Assembly: GCA_964433975.1 (NCBI GenBank)
Contig: CAYSSS010000002.1
Span: 34,441-98,440, forward strand
Length of the DNA stretch: 64,000 nt
Direction: 5' to 3'
DNA from: an uncultured Planctomycetia bacterium
GTDB lineage: Bacteria; Omnitrophota; Gorgyraeia; 2-01-FULL-45-10
The position numbers were made by a program, and so were the translations under genes. The notes below the pieces were generated by a model that did not search any database, was not told the origin of the DNA, and saw only the letters and a list, made by a program, of their open reading frames with translations. Position 1 is the stretch's first letter. Every line of letters starts with the position of its first letter. This document shows positions 62,301 through 64,000 of the stretch, one piece after another.

Positions 62301-64000
62301 CTGATCCTTATCGTATCCCTTATAATCCCCGCTATCAAATTTAGATATAAAAAAGCCGATAAAGACCAGAAAGCTGTGAAGCCTCCAAGCAGCCCAGGGA
62401 ACGGTGAAGCAGGGCCGGCGCCCACAGCTGGCTCATCGGTGACCACAGCCGGGGATGTGGCAGCTACCAAAAAGGTAACTATGTGGAGAAGGGCTGCGGG
62501 TATTCTGAAAAAAATAATGCCGGGTAAAATAACGGGCATGCTTATTATGTTTGCCGGCGTTCTGGCATTATCCGGATGTTTCGGAACGGGCGCGCCAATT
62601 ATTAGCCCTGCGCTATCAGGAATAGTCCTAACATGGAAACTTTGGGTATTCGCGGTTATGTTTATGCCGCTTGTTATACTTTATAACTATATAACGGGCT
62701 TGGTGAAATCGCTGTGGGTGAAGGCGCACAAGTCATCTATATTAGATGTCCTGGAAAATGCCGAGAAAGGGGGATCCAAGTGTATAGATAGCGATTCGCT
62801 TGGTAAATCAACAACCCGCTTTATGAAGAATGTAATGGGAAGCGAAGATAAAGATATAAACATGAATACTGTTACGCCAGGTGCTGCCGGCGGAGTTTAC
62901 TTTAGAACCGCAGACGGTAACATGGAAGGACTATTTTCGTTTCAGTTATTTCATATATACGCGTTACTCAGCAATTTTTATAAGAATGATTCGGCAAAGC
63001 TTGAGGCCCTCGACCAATTTGCTAAAATAGTTTCCCTGGCTATAGTGCGAGAGGTAGTGCGGGGTGAGCCGGAGGAGAGATTGGACCTCAAGTACTTTGT
63101 CAAGGGCGACTATGATGAGCACCTGTGGGCGAAGATAGAGATATACTTGAGTCAATACGCGGCGCGGCTTGTTCAAGATATCGCGGCGAACAAAACCGAT
63201 GAAGTTAATAAGCTTTGGACCGAATTGCTCACCAAAATTCGACCGGACAAAGAGGCTATAGAGCAGGAAGGTGCTTTGATAAATTCGAGGATTCAGCAAT
63301 TAAGAACAAAGGCCCAAAAAGCCACTGGAAGTAATGCAAATGAGTTGAATCACAATATTACTAAGCTCTCGAACATGAATATAAGCGATTTGGCAGGTGC
63401 CGAGGTTTTCTTTAAGGGTGTAAAAGAATTTATATCCGGGGAAAAGATAGAGAGAATATCGCACTTCTACGCTGTTTATTATCCGCCCATATTCGCGATG
63501 TTTCTATCAGTATTGGGAGCAGTTCTGTTTAGAGAAGGAGGAACGATTTCCATATCTGCAATATCAGCAGGTGTCGCGTCGAGCCTGCCATTGTCGATAA
63601 TCTCCTTGCCAACACTGGCTCTGGTACTTGGAGTTGTTTCGCTCGGGATAATCATGAGTGAGTTTGTATATATGTACAAATTCAAAACAGGAGGAAATTT
63701 AAGACGGCTCCTGGCTTTAGCACCGTTTGCTATGTTTTATATAGTGGCGCAGCCCTTTATTACAGGCTCTCCGATAGTTGCAAGTTTCAACATAGCTATA
63801 TTACTTCTTGCAGTGGGCGCGATCGCATTAATCGAGGGGATATCTCTCGCCGCGGCTAAAAGATCATTTATCGGTACCGCGCTATTCCACATGTTAAGGC
63901 CGGCTGCCGGCGCCGGAAGGCCGAGAACAATAATGCTGGTTCTTCTAAGATACTTTATCTTCATAGGACTTGGTGTGTGGGGATTTAATGTTATCGGAAA
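42426..64000 (+). CDS. Giant (>=7,191 aa, 3'-truncated by the window) exported/membrane protein: N-module, SecA-like motor, ~10-TM block, alpha/alpha-barrel-like domain, long helical region, YD/RHS-type repeats, second TM block. NOT in the supplied ORF track
   Basis: I translated the frame with codon starts congruent to 0 mod 3, line by line, from ATG 42426 to 63998 and met no stop. The N-terminus [14 protein letters not shown]...[43 protein letters not shown] parallels the 12636 protein. The track shows only antisense shadow ORFs across these 21.6 kb. Confidence 0.9.
   Translation, partial: [7191 protein letters not shown]
45030..47150 (+). other. Divergent SecA-like ATPase module (NBD1 - PPXD-like - NBD2)
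   Basis: It is colinear with E. coli SecA as I recall it. [13 protein letters not shown] matches MRTGEGKTL (Walker A). [18 protein letters not shown] matches [39 protein letters not shown] matches [36 protein letters not shown] matches [41 protein letters not shown] matches [41 protein letters not shown] matches [28 protein letters not shown]...YWSMEDTIV matches NQLRGRSGRQGDAG...FYLSMEDALM. The NBD2 motifs are degenerate. Confidence 0.7.
47740..49100 (+). other. Polytopic membrane block (~10 predicted TM helices) directly after the SecA-like module
   Basis: Successive hydrophobic stretches of 18-25 residues, e.g. [186 protein letters not shown] and [19 protein letters not shown]. Confidence 0.65.
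49440..50640 (+). other. Possible (alpha/alpha)6 six-hairpin glycosidase-like domain (tentative)
   Basis: Helix-pair signatures typical of alpha/alpha toroids: [119 protein letters not shown]. No family could be assigned by eye. Confidence 0.35.
56820..61100 (+). other. YD / RHS-type repeat field
   Basis: At least 12 YD-type motifs, e.g. [152 protein letters not shown]. I did not see a canonical PxxxxDPxGL shell-closing motif. Confidence 0.7.
57645..58500 (+). repeat. Tandem ~96-98-aa (288-294 nt) repeat units inside the YD field
   Basis: Units start at 57645 ([27 protein letters not shown]), 57933 ([28 protein letters not shown]) and about 58227 ([20 protein letters not shown]). Units 1 and 2 share cgccaggagataccggat[a/g]cattaaacgg (28 of 29 nt). 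Confidence 0.75.

Noticed and set aside
56820-64000. Annotating the YD region as a canonical Rhs toxin with a C-terminal toxin and an immunity pair.
   Set aside because: No PxxxxDPxGL cleavage motif, no recognisable toxin domain and no small downstream immunity ORF are visible. The chain continues into TM helices and off the window.
1-64000. Search for rRNA, tRNA, CRISPR arrays, transposases/integrases and toxin-antitoxin pairs.
   Set aside because: No spaced short direct-repeat array, no cloverleaf-compatible sequence in the few non-coding gaps (11021-11188, 12297-12635, 30439-30565, 41099-41357, 42200-42425), and no recombinase-like ORF was found. The window is otherwise saturated by the + strand ORFs described above.

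Overview
This 64-kb window is about 98% coding, and every gene I accept is on the + strand. Five giant multidomain genes fill about 94% of it.

(1) 2-11020: at least 3,672 aa, cut off at the 5' window edge, a TPR/coiled-coil protein.
(2) 12636-24902: 4,088 aa, with two CPBP intramembrane-protease domains, a GGDEF cyclase, a UPF0489-like domain and an Enzyme-I/PEP-utilizing module.
(3) 25507-30438: 1,643 aa, with a nucleoside-diphosphate kinase (NDK), a clan GH-A glycoside hydrolase and a FAM3/ILEI-type domain.
(4) 30566-41098: 3,510 aa, with a UDP-sugar pyrophosphorylase (UGPase), a phosphohexomutase (PGM) and a glucose-6-phosphate isomerase (PGI) fused in one chain.
(5) 42426 to beyond 64000: at least 7,191 codons. 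It is not in the supplied ORF track because it has no stop codon inside the window. It carries a SecA-like motor, a block of about 10 membrane helices, an alpha/alpha-barrel-like domain, long helical regions and a field of YD/RHS-type repeats.

Genes 2, 4 and 5 share an N-terminal module of about 520-640 aa behind a (sometimes extended) signal peptide. Genes 1-4 share a C-terminal domain that ends in a gapless 31-residue tail (...A-x-[RA]-S-[LA]-stop).

The small genes are a Bro-N/DinD-like cassette (11189-12058) bracketed by 12-bp direct repeats, a stand-alone HD-GYP protein (24916-25485) packed between giants 2 and 3, and a lipoprotein plus CBM11/CIA30-like secreted protein pair (41358-42199). 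Four to five near-identical extended -10 promoters (TTGACA-N16/17-TGnTATAYT) mark the transcription units. I found no rRNA, tRNA, CRISPR array or transposase.

My inference is that this is an island of giant, exported, modular, enzyme-carrying proteins of the kind reported from Omnitrophota-like lineages. To my knowledge the shared end-modules and cargo logic have not been described. All domain calls come from reading motifs by eye; no database search was possible, and domain boundaries are approximate (+/- 50-150 nt).
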